Source: an uncultured Verrucomicrobiae bacterium (lineage in GTDB: Bacteria > Verrucomicrobiota > Verrucomicrobiia > Limisphaerales > UBA11358). Taken from it: DNA of 64,000 nt. The position numbers were made by a program, and so were the translations under genes. A model generated the notes under the pieces. It saw only the letters and a list, made by a program, of their open reading frames with translations. It ran no database searches and was not told the DNA's origin. Location of the stretch: positions 1,251,388 to 1,315,387 of the forward strand of contig CAWJTA010000002.1 in the NCBI GenBank assembly GCA_963845665.1. Reading direction: 5' to 3'. Positions 1 through 9,692 of this stretch are shown piece by piece. Each line of letters opens with the position of its first letter. Positions within the stretch are counted from its first letter, which is position 1.

Positions 1-1496
1 GAAAGCCTGGAAATGAAATCATGCGCGGACGCGATGCGCGCCGCGCGCTCGATTTGTTCCATTGTTGCGTGCGGATGGCCAAAGGCGATGTTCGCCGCCA
101 CAGTGTTCGAAAACAAAAAGCTTTCCTGATAAACGATGCCAATTTGCCGGCGATATTCGTCCAGATCCAGGTCCCGCAAATCTTTACCGTCCACGAGAAT
201 GCGGCCGCCCTGCGGGTCATAAAAGCGCGGCAGCATGCCCAGGAGCGTGCTCTTGCCCGAGCCAGTCATGCCAAAAATCCCGATGATCTGCCCGGGCCGC
301 GATTCAAACGAAATCCCGGACAGAGCTGGTTTCTCGGGCGAATAGCCGAAAGTCACGTTTTCGAAGACGATCTTTCCCGAAAGCCGGGCCGGCACAATGG
401 CGTTGGGTTTGCTCTGCACTTCCACCGGCGTATCCAGGACTTCAAACACGCGCCGCGCGGCCGCCAGGCTTTGTTGCACCGAATTAGCGATCGTGGCGAT
501 CGTGGCCACCTGCCCGGTGAATTGCTGGAGCAATCCTGCGAACACCACCAGGCCGCTTCCGAGAGCGATTTTGCCCTCCACATACAGCCAGCCGCCATAT
601 GCGAATAAAATCACCAGGCTCAGTTGGGAGAGCATCTGTGTGGTCGGCGTAAAAATCGAAAGGTCACTGAAAATTTTTCGTTGCTGCGAGGAAACCAAAT
701 CATTGGCTGCCTCAAACCGGCGCACCTGGTGCGGCTCAGCGGAGAAACCTTTTACGGTTTGCATTCCCCGCACGCTTTCGCTGAACAGCAAAATCATGTG
801 GTCGGTCAACTCGCGGTTTTTCAGATACCCCGGGCGCAACCGCCCGGAATAGTAATGCGATACCCACCACAACGGCAGCGACACGCATAGACACGCGACC
901 GTAAGCGATGGCTGGATGCGCCACATAAAAACGGCATACGCCACCAGGGTCAAAATCATGTTCACGCCCTGCAACAAGACGCCGTCCACGAACAGGCGCG
1001 TGTTTTGGACGTCACCCGTGACGCGATTGAAAATGGAGTTTGAGCCATGAACGTCAAAGAAGCTAAAGCTCAGGCGCTGGAGTTTGGCGTAAACCTGCGC
1101 ACGCAATTCCGGGACAATCTCGCCCTGTGTCAGCCGCGCGGTGGTCATGTTGTACACGTATGTGAGCCCCGCGCGCAGCAGGGCCTGGACAACAATCGCT
1201 CCGGCCAATGTCGTGACGATGCGCAAGGGCGTCCAGTCCATGGGTGGCTGCCAGGCAAAGGGATAATGCGGCGCCGGCGCGCCTGTGGGATTGAGCGCAT
1301 GACGGATGACGTCAATAACCACGCCCAATAATTGAAGTCCGGCGATGGCCAAAAGGAGCAGGATCAGGCTCAAAACGACCGATAACACGCAATCCTTGCG
1401 GAACTGCCATGCCAATTTCAATAATCGCCGGACAAGATGTCCGGTGGAGTACCGTTCATCTGGCGATGTTTGATTGACTGTGCCTGTCTTTTTCAA
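1..1496 (-). CDS. ABC exporter, fused permease/ATP-binding protein (MsbA-like); C-terminus cut by window edge
   Basis: This is my own minus-strand translation. It is absent from the ORF track because the stop lies left of the window. The N-terminal half is TM-rich, followed by ...GKIVFENVTFGYSPEKPALSGISFESRPGQIIGIFGMTGSGKSTLLGMLPRFYDPQGGRILVDGKDLRDLDLDEYRRQIGIVYQESFLFS (Walker A and Q-loop). There is no in-frame ATG near the 5' end, so the TTG at 1496 is only a tentative start. Confidence 0.85.
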   Translation of the reverse strand, partial: MKKTGTVNQTSPDERYSTGHLVRRLLKLAWQFRKDCVLSVVLSLILLLLAIAGLQLLGVVIDVIRHALNPTGAPAPHYPFAWQPPMDWTPLRIVTTLAGAIVVQALLRAGLTYVYNMTTARLTQGEIVPELRAQVYAKLQRLSFSFFDVHGSNSIFNRVTGDVQNTRLFVDGVLLQGVNMILTLVAYAVFMWRIQPSLTVACLCVSLPLWWVSHYYSGRLRPGYLKNRELTDHMILLFSESVRGMQTVKGFSAEPHQVRRFEAANDLVSSQQRKIFSDLSIFTPTTQMLSQLSLVILFAYGGWLYVEGKIALGSGLVVFAGLLQQFTGQVATIATIANSVQQSLAAARRVFEVLDTPVEVQSKPNAIVPARLSGKIVFENVTFGYSPEKPALSGISFESRPGQIIGIFGMTGSGKSTLLGMLPRFYDPQGGRILVDGKDLRDLDLDEYRRQIGIVYQESFLFSNTVAANIAFGHPHATMEQIERAARIASAHDFISRL

Positions 1497-1610
1497 ACAC
1501 CTATAATGCCTTAGGGGCGTCCGGTAATCGAATAAATTTTTATTTGGTTTTGTCCAGGAGAGGAGGCTCTGAATGAAATCCGCAGATGCCTGTGACGCAA
1601 AAATTTTTTA

Positions 1611-1640
1611 GCCACAGATGAACACAGATAAACACAGATT
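1611..1640. repeat. Three tandem 10-nt units gCCACAGATg / aACACAGATa / aACACAGATt
   Basis: Read directly from the sequence. It lies in the intergenic region between the ABC exporter start and the stop of the beta-helix gene. A weaker fourth copy (CGCAGATG) sits at about 1581-1590. Confidence 0.6.
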
Positions 1641-1693
1641 TTGGTCCTTCAGTTCGCGACCGATTGTTGAATGACAGTTCGAAGATTTGATCC

Positions 1694-3454
1694 TCACGGC
1701 GAAACCACGCGATAATACTGCTGCGGCGGGAAGACCACGGTATAGTTCGTGCGCGTGAGGTAAACCGTTGCCGGAACGGAGTCAGAAAATTCATAATTCC
1801 CTGGGAAAAAAACCTGTTGGGCATTTCCCAAAACCGTCCATTGGGCCAGGGGCAACGCGAGATTTGTGGAGGTAAACACGGTAAAATCCGCATTAGGGAC
1901 GTTGGTGAAGGAAAATCGAAAGAAGCCGATTGGAAATCCGCCACCACCGCTGGTCCAGAGGACGTCTCTAAGGAGCGGACGGTTATTGGCGGACGCGGGT
2001 TGTGTCTCGACCGCGCCGATATCCACGTGCACGCCAGCCCGGCGCGGATATCCACGCTGATCAGTCGCCAGAAAATTCGTGACCCAATCCGTGCCGGCGT
2101 CAATCAATGGCGAATAGAATAGCGGCGGCATGGTCTGCGTGGTCCCGCCATAATCGCCCAGAAGGGCCACCTGCGGATTTCCGCCGATGAAATTTCCGAG
2201 GCCGGAATAAGACGCCGCGATATCAGGGCTGGCGGCGGCGGAATTTCCGGCCACGATCGTGTTGGTCAGCGTGAAGGTACTGGAACCATCGTCAACAAGG
2301 CCGCCGGCGTAACTGGCGGAATTGCTGCAGATGGTGCAATTAATCAACACATTTGTCGCAGTGAAGCTGGCGAGGCCACCGCCGTTGTCGGCTGAATTAA
2401 CGGACAAAGTACAGTTGTACGCCATGAGAACGTCCGCGTTGTATACGCCGCCGCCAGAGCCAGTGGGAGCCGAGTTGCCGGAGAACGTGCAATTGTTCAT
2501 TGTCAACACGCCGCTGTTGACGAGACCGCCTCCCTGGCTGTCACTATTGGCTACACTGTTGCCGGAGAAGTTGCAATTGTTGAGCGTCAGGGTGTCGTAA
2601 TTGACTATGCCGCCACCTGCGCCGTTTGTGGACGCATTGTCGAAAAAAGAGCAGTTGATTACGGCTGCAGGGGTCTGAATAGACAAGGCTCCGGCGGTTC
2701 CACTGGAATTTCCCACGAACATGCAGTTTGTGAGATTAAGGGCGCCGTCATCTTCGGAATCTATCCCTCCGCCGAAAAAAGACGCGACGTTTTCTGATAC
2801 CGTGCAGTTATTGAGCGTGAGCCCGCTGAATTCACTTTCAATGGCGCCGCCCCCGCCGTCCGGAACCGAATTGGCGATAAATGCGCAATTACTGCCCGTG
2901 ACCCCGCTGCCGTAACAAAAAACGCCGCCTCCATAAATGTTCGCGAAGTTGTTTGAAACCATGCAGTTGTTGAGGGTCAGCATGCCATAGGTGGAGATGC
3001 CGCCGCCGAATTCGGCGGAGTTGCCGCTGAAAACGCAGCTTTTGGCGGTAAGAGTGGCGGCAGGTTCGTCAAGCAGCACGCCTCCACCTGTGTCGTCATT
3101 GGCGTAGCCGTTGGTCACCGTGAGCGCATCAATAACGACATTCGCGCCGCCAATTTCCAGCACGCGGCCGTTTCCGCCGCCGTCAATGGTAATGCCACCG
3201 GCAAGCGAGGAAGCATCAATCGTCAGGTTTTGCGCGATGAAAAGCTCGCCATTGGTCAAATAGATGGTTTGTCCGGCCATTGTAGAGGAAAAGACGATGG
3301 TGTCGCCGGTGCCGGCCGCGGCGATGATGTTGCGCAAGGAACCCGGGCCGCTATCGGCCGGGGTGGTCACTGTATCCACGGCCGCGCGCGCCGATGGCGC
3401 CAGGCAGAGACAGATTGCTGCGAAAGTCGAGAGGAGGCAGCGAAACAGTTTCAT
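1694..3454 (-). CDS. Secreted right-handed beta-helix repeat protein (polymorphic-membrane-protein-like GGxGG/N-rich repeats)
   Basis: 586-aa ORF with the signal peptide MKLFRCLLSTFAAICLCLAPSARA. It has many repeats of the form NC.F.GNSA..GGG(I/V). The C-terminal ~75 aa ends QQYYRVVSP. Confidence 0.75.
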   Translation of the reverse strand: MKLFRCLLSTFAAICLCLAPSARAAVDTVTTPADSGPGSLRNIIAAAGTGDTIVFSSTMAGQTIYLTNGELFIAQNLTIDASSLAGGITIDGGGNGRVLEIGGANVVIDALTVTNGYANDDTGGGVLLDEPAATLTAKSCVFSGNSAEFGGGISTYGMLTLNNCMVSNNFANIYGGGVFCYGSGVTGSNCAFIANSVPDGGGGAIESEFSGLTLNNCTVSENVASFFGGGIDSEDDGALNLTNCMFVGNSSGTAGALSIQTPAAVINCSFFDNASTNGAGGGIVNYDTLTLNNCNFSGNSVANSDSQGGGLVNSGVLTMNNCTFSGNSAPTGSGGGVYNADVLMAYNCTLSVNSADNGGGLASFTATNVLINCTICSNSASYAGGLVDDGSSTFTLTNTIVAGNSAAASPDIAASYSGLGNFIGGNPQVALLGDYGGTTQTMPPLFYSPLIDAGTDWVTNFLATDQRGYPRRAGVHVDIGAVETQPASANNRPLLRDVLWTSGGGGFPIGFFRFSFTNVPNADFTVFTSTNLALPLAQWTVLGNAQQVFFPGNYEFSDSVPATVYLTRTNYTVVFPPQQYYRVVSP

Positions 3455-3647
3455 ATAGAATCAGGGACCGTCGTCCCTCAATCGATACGGCTATGATTCT
3501 ATATTATAAAACTCTGAGTGTCAAGGTGAAGCGGCCAATGTCGCGGAAATGGAGCAATTCAACGGAAAAATTAGAGAGAAGGAGGCTTTCGCTTTTGGGT
3601 CTTTCGCCTGTTTCACGTGGTTCCCACTCCGGCCTTTTTTTCTCTTT

Positions 3648-4583
3648 TTAATTTAATTGCGCGACTTTAGCGCGCACCGATTGTTCCCATTCAGCCATCT
3701 GGCCGTCCTTCAATTTGAGAAAATCCATGAGCGGTTTTACTCCGGGCAATTGTACGAATGGCGTTGGAGCTTTTTCCAACTCGATGAAATTGGCCATGCG
3801 GCTGCCCATGTTGGTAATGGCCACAAACCGATCCCATTCGCCGGAGGGCCTGAGGTTGTTATGGCCCAGTGCGGGCATGACCACTTCCACCGGCACGCCC
3901 CAGCGTTGCAACAGGCGCGCGCCGACTTCATCATGGTTAAATCCAAAAACCACTTTTTCCGTCTCGCTCAGGGACGCACCCGAACTGCGGCATTTTTCGA
4001 TGACGGCCACGTATTTGTCGCGTTCGCCCAATGCCAGCACCAGCTTGCCCACGTCATGCAGCAGACCGGCGGTGAATGCGATGCCTTCGGCCTCGCCGGC
4101 CTCCAGCGCCAGCGCGCCTGAGGCGATGGCGGCGATGTTGGAATGCCGTTGCAACGCCTCGGCCGAAAAGCCCGGCACATTTTCTTTGGGAGTGAGCACC
4201 CGCATGCCGTACAGCGAAACAGTCATCTGGTAAACTTCATAAAAACCCATACGGAACACGGCTTCATTGATATCCATGACCGGGGCGTCTTGAGCAAAAT
4301 AGGCGCTATTGCAGCGGCGCAACACTTCCACCGAGAGCGCCGGGTCGCGCCTCAAAAGGGCTACGATTTCATCCGCGTCCGTGTCCGGTTGCCGAAACAG
4401 GTCAATCAATTGGATCATGAGCGTCGGCGTAGCCGGCAAATGTTTGATACCCTCGATATATGTGTCCAATATTTGCGAGTCCACGCGCGTCGGTTTTGGC
4501 TTATTTGCACCCTGAGCGATGTTGTTATTCATATCCAATAAAAGGCTATTTTGTAGCAAATCACTTGCCATTTCGGGGTTCAA
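3648..4583 (-). CDS. HDOD domain-containing signalling protein
   Basis: 311-aa ORF. LPATPTLMIQLIDLFRQPDTDADEIVALLRRDPALSVEVLRRCNSAYF and LLHDVGKLVL match the HDOD family pattern. Confidence 0.8.
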   Translation of the reverse strand: MNPEMASDLLQNSLLLDMNNNIAQGANKPKPTRVDSQILDTYIEGIKHLPATPTLMIQLIDLFRQPDTDADEIVALLRRDPALSVEVLRRCNSAYFAQDAPVMDINEAVFRMGFYEVYQMTVSLYGMRVLTPKENVPGFSAEALQRHSNIAAIASGALALEAGEAEGIAFTAGLLHDVGKLVLALGERDKYVAVIEKCRSSGASLSETEKVVFGFNHDEVGARLLQRWGVPVEVVMPALGHNNLRPSGEWDRFVAITNMGSRMANFIELEKAPTPFVQLPGVKPLMDFLKLKDGQMAEWEQSVRAKVAQLN

Positions 4584-4656
4584 AGTCGTTGTTCTCAGAA
4601 CCCGGCCATCTTGAGTTTTTCGTTTTTAATTTTTGATTGATGGGTAAATTATCCAA

Positions 4657-5751
4657 ATGCCGGATATTAAATCGCAGTCGCGCGAAGAGTTGGAAGCCCA
4701 ATTTAAATCGTGGGCGCAACCGGCTTATCGCGTGACGCAATTGCTCGAATGGCTTTATGTCCGGCGCGTGACGGATTGGGAAGCCATGACGAATTTACCG
4801 AAGGAACTCCGCTCGAAATTGCGCGAACATTTCTCTCTCGAGGTCCCTGAACTCATCCGCAAGCAGGGTTCGCCCGATACGACCGAAAAGTTTCTCTGGC
4901 GGCTGGCCGACCATTCGCTCATCGAAAGCGTGTTGATTCCGGCCAATCCGGCCCTTTACAGCGAAGCCAGCGACCGTCATACGCTGTGCATTTCCACTCA
5001 GGTTGGCTGCGCCTACGGTTGCCGGTTTTGCGCCAGCGGATTGGAAGGATGGAAACGGAATTTGCAACCACATGAGATTATCGAGCAGGTGCTTTCGATC
5101 GAGCGATTGCGGGCTCGCGAAACTGCTGAGTCCGCCGAAGCTGGTCCGCCTCGCGCAGTGGATAACATTGTGGTCATGGGGATGGGCGAGCCGCTGGCCA
5201 ATTACGATAATCTGATGCGCTCGCTGCGCATATTGAACGCGCCGTGGGGCGGCGGCATCGGGGCGCGAAAAATTACGATCTCAACGAGCGGTCTTGCGCC
5301 GCAAATCCGCAAGCTGGCGGCCGAACCGCTGCAATTCCGGCTCGCTGTCTCGCTGCACGGCGCGACGGACGAAGTGCGCGGCAAAATCATGCCGGTGAAT
5401 AAAAAATATCCGTTGGCAGAACTCACTGGCGCGTGCATGGAATATCAGGAGAAAAAAGGCAGGATGATTACGCTGGAATATATATTAATCGCCGGCGTGA
5501 ACGATTCGGTGGAACAAACCGGTCCGCTGGCAACGCTGGCGAAGAAGATTTTTGCGAAGGTGAACCTGATACCCTATAACACGGTGGAAGGGCTGCCATG
5601 GGAACGGCCATCCGAAGAAGTATGCGAACGGTTTTTGGAGGCGCTGGAAAAACAAAAAGTCACCGCGACGCTGCGCCGCGAGAAGGGCCATGATATTGAC
5701 GCTGCGTGCGGGCAGTTGAGACTAAAAACCGAACGGGAACTGGCGGCCTAG
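4657..5751 (+). CDS. rlmN: 23S rRNA/tRNA (adenine-C2)-methyltransferase, radical SAM
   Basis: 364 aa. It has the radical-SAM CxxxCxxC motif (GCAYGCRFCASG), the conserved YRVTQLLEWLY N-terminus and the C-terminal GHDIDAACGQL. Confidence 0.9.
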   Translation: MPDIKSQSREELEAQFKSWAQPAYRVTQLLEWLYVRRVTDWEAMTNLPKELRSKLREHFSLEVPELIRKQGSPDTTEKFLWRLADHSLIESVLIPANPALYSEASDRHTLCISTQVGCAYGCRFCASGLEGWKRNLQPHEIIEQVLSIERLRARETAESAEAGPPRAVDNIVVMGMGEPLANYDNLMRSLRILNAPWGGGIGARKITISTSGLAPQIRKLAAEPLQFRLAVSLHGATDEVRGKIMPVNKKYPLAELTGACMEYQEKKGRMITLEYILIAGVNDSVEQTGPLATLAKKIFAKVNLIPYNTVEGLPWERPSEEVCERFLEALEKQKVTATLRREKGHDIDAACGQLRLKTERELAA

Positions 5752-6668
5752 GGGCCTGTCCGGAGACGCGTGGCATTCAGCGATATTTTCAGCCCGGGGT
5801 CGCCTGCAGATTGGCGCTTCAGATATAGGGTATGGTGTGGAAAATCCAGAGTAACAAGATGCCGCGCCAGAAAACGCAGTCCAATCCCATCGCCCTCCAC
5901 GTTATGGCTCTCCAGGTCAACCAGCGGATATTTTTCTCCATTAAGAAAAGCGTCGGGCGAGCGTCCTGCTCCTTCCGCGGGCAGGGTTGTGTGATTGGTC
6001 CATTGCTGAAAATTCCGTGGTGTGAGCCATCCGTCATAAGTGCAACCGCTATCGATTAGCGAAAGCGGCGCCGGCAATCCCATGAGATTAACCGCCACGG
6101 CGGGGCGCTGGTCGCGCCGGCTCAGCGGTACAATGGGGAAGGCATCGCCCCATTGATGGGGATCCGCCAGATTATCGTCCAAAAATCGCATTTTGCCTGC
6201 GGCAAAATCAAGCTGGATACAATAGTTTTTCAGCACGTCCATGCCCAGAATACCCAGGATGGGCGGATTTTGGCCGGGAAAATCGTCCTTGCAGTTAAAG
6301 ACGGCGATGCGATTCGTCAGTATCAGTGGCACGTCTCCCAAATAAAGCCCGGGTGCTGCATATTCCTTGTATCTGCTGACAACGCCCCAGTGTTTATATC
6401 TCACTTTGCCGAGGGGTTTTCCGAGTGTTGGCGCCAGGGATTGATCTATCAAAGTGCCCGATGTGCCGGTATCCACGATGAACCGAAGTTTCTCACCGGT
6501 TTCCAACCGGAGTGTGACAATCAGAAAATCACCGCGACCGGCCAGTTTGTTCATTGAAATTTCGCCCGGCAATTCCGAACTGGTGGAGTTGGCGGTGGCA
6601 TAAGAACACAGGAACAGTAATAAAATACCGCCCAACCTGAAGCCGACACTCAAAAGCCTGTTTGACAC
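5748..6668 (-). CDS. Secreted bilobal retropepsin/pepsin-like aspartyl protease
   Basis: 306 aa with an N-terminal hydrophobic signal. The two catalytic-type motifs are FIVDTGTSGTLID and SLIDSGCT. Confidence 0.6.
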   Translation of the reverse strand: MSNRLLSVGFRLGGILLLFLCSYATANSTSSELPGEISMNKLAGRGDFLIVTLRLETGEKLRFIVDTGTSGTLIDQSLAPTLGKPLGKVRYKHWGVVSRYKEYAAPGLYLGDVPLILTNRIAVFNCKDDFPGQNPPILGILGMDVLKNYCIQLDFAAGKMRFLDDNLADPHQWGDAFPIVPLSRRDQRPAVAVNLMGLPAPLSLIDSGCTYDGWLTPRNFQQWTNHTTLPAEGAGRSPDAFLNGEKYPLVDLESHNVEGDGIGLRFLARHLVTLDFPHHTLYLKRQSAGDPGLKISLNATRLRTGP

Positions 6669-6723
6669 TATGGTCGATTGTGCCGACCAAATCTGTCTCC
6701 GTCAACCTTCATTGACTGTGGCT

Positions 6724-8394
6724 TTAAGTCCCTGTTTTCCTCTTGAAAATCCCGACATAATTTCGTCCGGCAGGGTGATAGTTTTTGAGGCGGTCGCCGC
6801 TGATGAATACGGTTTTATCCTGGGAGACCTGGTCCAGAACTGCGACCCGTTCGTAAGAGGCGCCGGAGTAGCGGGCGAACCAATTGAAAATCGAATGGTC
6901 GCACCCGGGTTGCATATGCCAGGAATCGGGGTTGGTGACAAAGACCAAATATTCAGGCTTATTGGTTTGGATCTGGCTGACCATTTCAGCCTGCATTTGG
7001 GCCGCGTAGGGCTGCCGTTGCATGAGGGGATAGGTTGAGACGTAGCCGGTGGCGGGGCGGCGTTGGGCGTAAAAGTACAGCTCGGGATCCGAACCGATGA
7101 CAGCCATGGTCGCGACTGGCTTGGAATGGTCGCGAATGTAATTACCCACGGCGGGCATATCGGCAAAGGGAGCGTCGCCGGCATAAATGATCCGGCTCAC
7201 GGTGTTCGCGGGCAGTTCAAAGAAGAACTGGCGCTGCTGGAGAAGGGACCAGCCCAGAATCGAAATGCAAACCAGCGGCGGAACAATTTTGAAGGCCTTA
7301 TTGGCGGTGGCGAATTGCAGCGAAACAATGGCCAGGCCAACCAGAATGGCCAGTGCCGGCAGAATCAGGATGAAATAGTGTTCGCGAAAATCAAAGCCGA
7401 TAGCCATTCCGATAGCCGAAAAAAACAAAAATGCGGTGGCGAAAATGATTTGGCCGCGGAGCGCGCGGTCCCGCATGATAAACGGCAGGCTCACCACGAC
7501 AAAACCCAGGTATGGGAAACAGATGCTCCATTTTTTGTGAGCGTCCTGAAGAAAATTATGAAGACCCTCGCGCGCCGTATTTTCAGTCGCATAAGACCCG
7601 GCGTAGGTAAATGTCCAAAACAGGAATTTGGATAAGACACCGGTCTGGTTCAAATAAAGACACACCAGCAAAAGTGGGAACACCATTCCGGTGACCAGGA
7701 AAAAGAGTTTCTGCAAAAACACCGGCTTCGAAATGGTGCCGGTTTTAATGGCGTGCCACAGGATGATTGTCGGGGCGAAGAGGCAGAAACAAATTCCCTG
7801 CTGTTCCATTAGAAATGCCAGGCCAAAGAGCAAACCGGCGAAAAACATCGCGTGCCACCGATAGAATTCTTCAGCCTTCCACAATGCCAGTGCCCCCCAC
7901 AACGCGAAGAATATAACAAAATCGTCGGCGTGCGCCGCCAGACCCAGCACAGCCGGGCTGACTGACAAAACGCCATATGCCGCGCATGCGGCCATGCCGG
8001 CAGTTGTGCCAAACAACCTTTGCCCGAGCAAAAACAGCAGGACAATCGTGAGGCAGTTGACCACAATCAGCGTCGCATGAATGCCCGCAGCCGTTTGGCC
8101 GAAAGCGGCCATTCCCAGGGCGCAGGCCACATACGTGCCGGGCAATGTCATGTTCCATACCTCCTGATAGGGCGGAACGCCGTGAAGAAGCAATTGGCCG
8201 GCGCACGCGTATTCGCCCTCGTCGCGCTCCAGCGGCAGGTCGAGCAGGCGATAGCGGATGTAGGCCGTCAATGTCACCACCAGCAAAACAAAGAGCCAGC
8301 CCCACAATTGAAAACCCGGGCGCTCCGGTTGATCAACCACTCGAACATCCGTTTCATCCTTCGAATTGTCACTTTTGAATGTAATCATTTGCAC
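6724..8394 (-). CDS. Polytopic membrane glycosyltransferase, GT39/ArnT (PMT_2)-like
   Basis: 556 aa with more than 10 hydrophobic segments. The ERDEGEYACAGQ motif after the first TM is typical of ArnT/PMT-like enzymes. It ends in a soluble C-terminal domain. Confidence 0.65.
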   Translation of the reverse strand: MQMITFKSDNSKDETDVRVVDQPERPGFQLWGWLFVLLVVTLTAYIRYRLLDLPLERDEGEYACAGQLLLHGVPPYQEVWNMTLPGTYVACALGMAAFGQTAAGIHATLIVVNCLTIVLLFLLGQRLFGTTAGMAACAAYGVLSVSPAVLGLAAHADDFVIFFALWGALALWKAEEFYRWHAMFFAGLLFGLAFLMEQQGICFCLFAPTIILWHAIKTGTISKPVFLQKLFFLVTGMVFPLLLVCLYLNQTGVLSKFLFWTFTYAGSYATENTAREGLHNFLQDAHKKWSICFPYLGFVVVSLPFIMRDRALRGQIIFATAFLFFSAIGMAIGFDFREHYFILILPALAILVGLAIVSLQFATANKAFKIVPPLVCISILGWSLLQQRQFFFELPANTVSRIIYAGDAPFADMPAVGNYIRDHSKPVATMAVIGSDPELYFYAQRRPATGYVSTYPLMQRQPYAAQMQAEMVSQIQTNKPEYLVFVTNPDSWHMQPGCDHSIFNWFARYSGASYERVAVLDQVSQDKTVFISGDRLKNYHPAGRNYVGIFKRKTGT

Positions 8395-8504
8395 CTGTCA
8401 GCGGCAGGCCTGGCAACGACCACACGGGCCGCGCCAATTGCTTATTTCTGCCGTTTTTCATTTTTAAATTCTCATTTCTCGGCCATTCTTCCGGGCCGAA
8501 AACA

Positions 8505-9590
8505 ATGACAATAAGCAATACTCTTGCCACAATTGATACACCCGCTCTGCTATTGGACCTGGACGCTTTGCGCCAGAATATCGATACAATGGCGTCTTTT
8601 TTTGCCGCGCGGCGCTGCCGGTTGCGGCCGCATTTCAAAAGCCATAAATGTACGCAAATTGCGCGGCTGCAAATAGATGCGGGCGCCGTGGGGATGACCT
8701 GCGCGAAATTGGGCGAAGCGGAGGTTCTGGCGGACGCCGGAATTCGGGACATCCTGATTGCCAATGAGATAGTCGGGCCGCTCAAAATCGGCAGGCTGAT
8801 GGCGCTGTGCGCGCGCGCCAATCCGATGGTCGCGGTGGATTCTGCGGACAATGTCCGAATGCTTTCCGCGCACGCCGCGGCTTCAGGGATTGTCGTCCGC
8901 GTGCTGGTGGAAGTGGACATTGGCATGGGCCGTTGCGGAGTCGCGCCCGGCCAGCCGGCACTGGACCTCGCTGCCCTGGTGACGTCATTGCCGGGCTTGA
9001 AGTTTGAGGGGTTGCAAGGGTACGAGGGCCATTGCGTTGACCTTCGCGACGCGGGCGAACGGGTCAGCAAGGCGCACGCCGCCATTGGATTGCTGGTCGA
9101 TACGCGCCGTCTCATCGAACGAGCCGGCATCGCAGTCCAGATTGTTAGCGGCGGTGGCACCGGGACCTACGACATCAATGGAAATACAGATGGCATCGAT
9201 GAAGTGCAGGCTGGCTCATATGCGGCCATGGATTGGTGGTATACGGATATTCGGCCCGAATTTCGGCAGGCGATGAGCGTCCTCGCCACCGTGGCAAGCC
9301 ATACCAAAACGCGCTTCGCCATCATTGACGTTGGACGAAAAGGTATTGGGGCGGAATGGGGACCGCCGCGGCTCAAGAATGGCGATGACGGCCGGGTCGT
9401 CAGTTACACTTCGGAAGAGCACATGACCGTTGAGTTGACGGGGAATCGGGAATTTAAGGTTGGCGACCGCATGGAAATCATCCCCTCGCATGGTTGCACC
9501 ACGAGCAATTTATATCGGGAATTTGTTGTCCATCAGAATGGCAAGGTCGTTGCCGTGTGGCCGATTGAAGGAAGCGGAAAGCTTCAGTGA
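8505..9590 (+). CDS. DSD1-family PLP enzyme (D-serine dehydratase / D-threonine aldolase-like, alanine-racemase N-terminal fold)
   Basis: 361 aa. TPALLLDLDALRQNI...LRPHFKSHKC (PLP-lysine context), with the C-terminal HGCTTSNL typical of the family. Confidence 0.75.
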   Translation: MTISNTLATIDTPALLLDLDALRQNIDTMASFFAARRCRLRPHFKSHKCTQIARLQIDAGAVGMTCAKLGEAEVLADAGIRDILIANEIVGPLKIGRLMALCARANPMVAVDSADNVRMLSAHAAASGIVVRVLVEVDIGMGRCGVAPGQPALDLAALVTSLPGLKFEGLQGYEGHCVDLRDAGERVSKAHAAIGLLVDTRRLIERAGIAVQIVSGGGTGTYDINGNTDGIDEVQAGSYAAMDWWYTDIRPEFRQAMSVLATVASHTKTRFAIIDVGRKGIGAEWGPPRLKNGDDGRVVSYTSEEHMTVELTGNREFKVGDRMEIIPSHGCTTSNLYREFVVHQNGKVVAVWPIEGSGKLQ

Positions 9591-9603
9591 GGCTTATAGT
9601 AGC

Positions 9604-9633
9604 AGCGAACGTCGGTTCGCTCTGATTTTCTTC
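9604..9633 (+). terminator. Putative rho-independent terminator after the DSD1-family gene
   Basis: Stem AGCGAAC / loop GTCG / stem GTTCGCT at 9604-9621, followed by the T-rich CTGATTTTCTTC. Confidence 0.5.
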
Positions 9634-9692
9634 GCTTCGCCAGATCAACAGCCATCCTTTTTAAAGTGATCAAGCTCCGCTTGATGCGGCGT

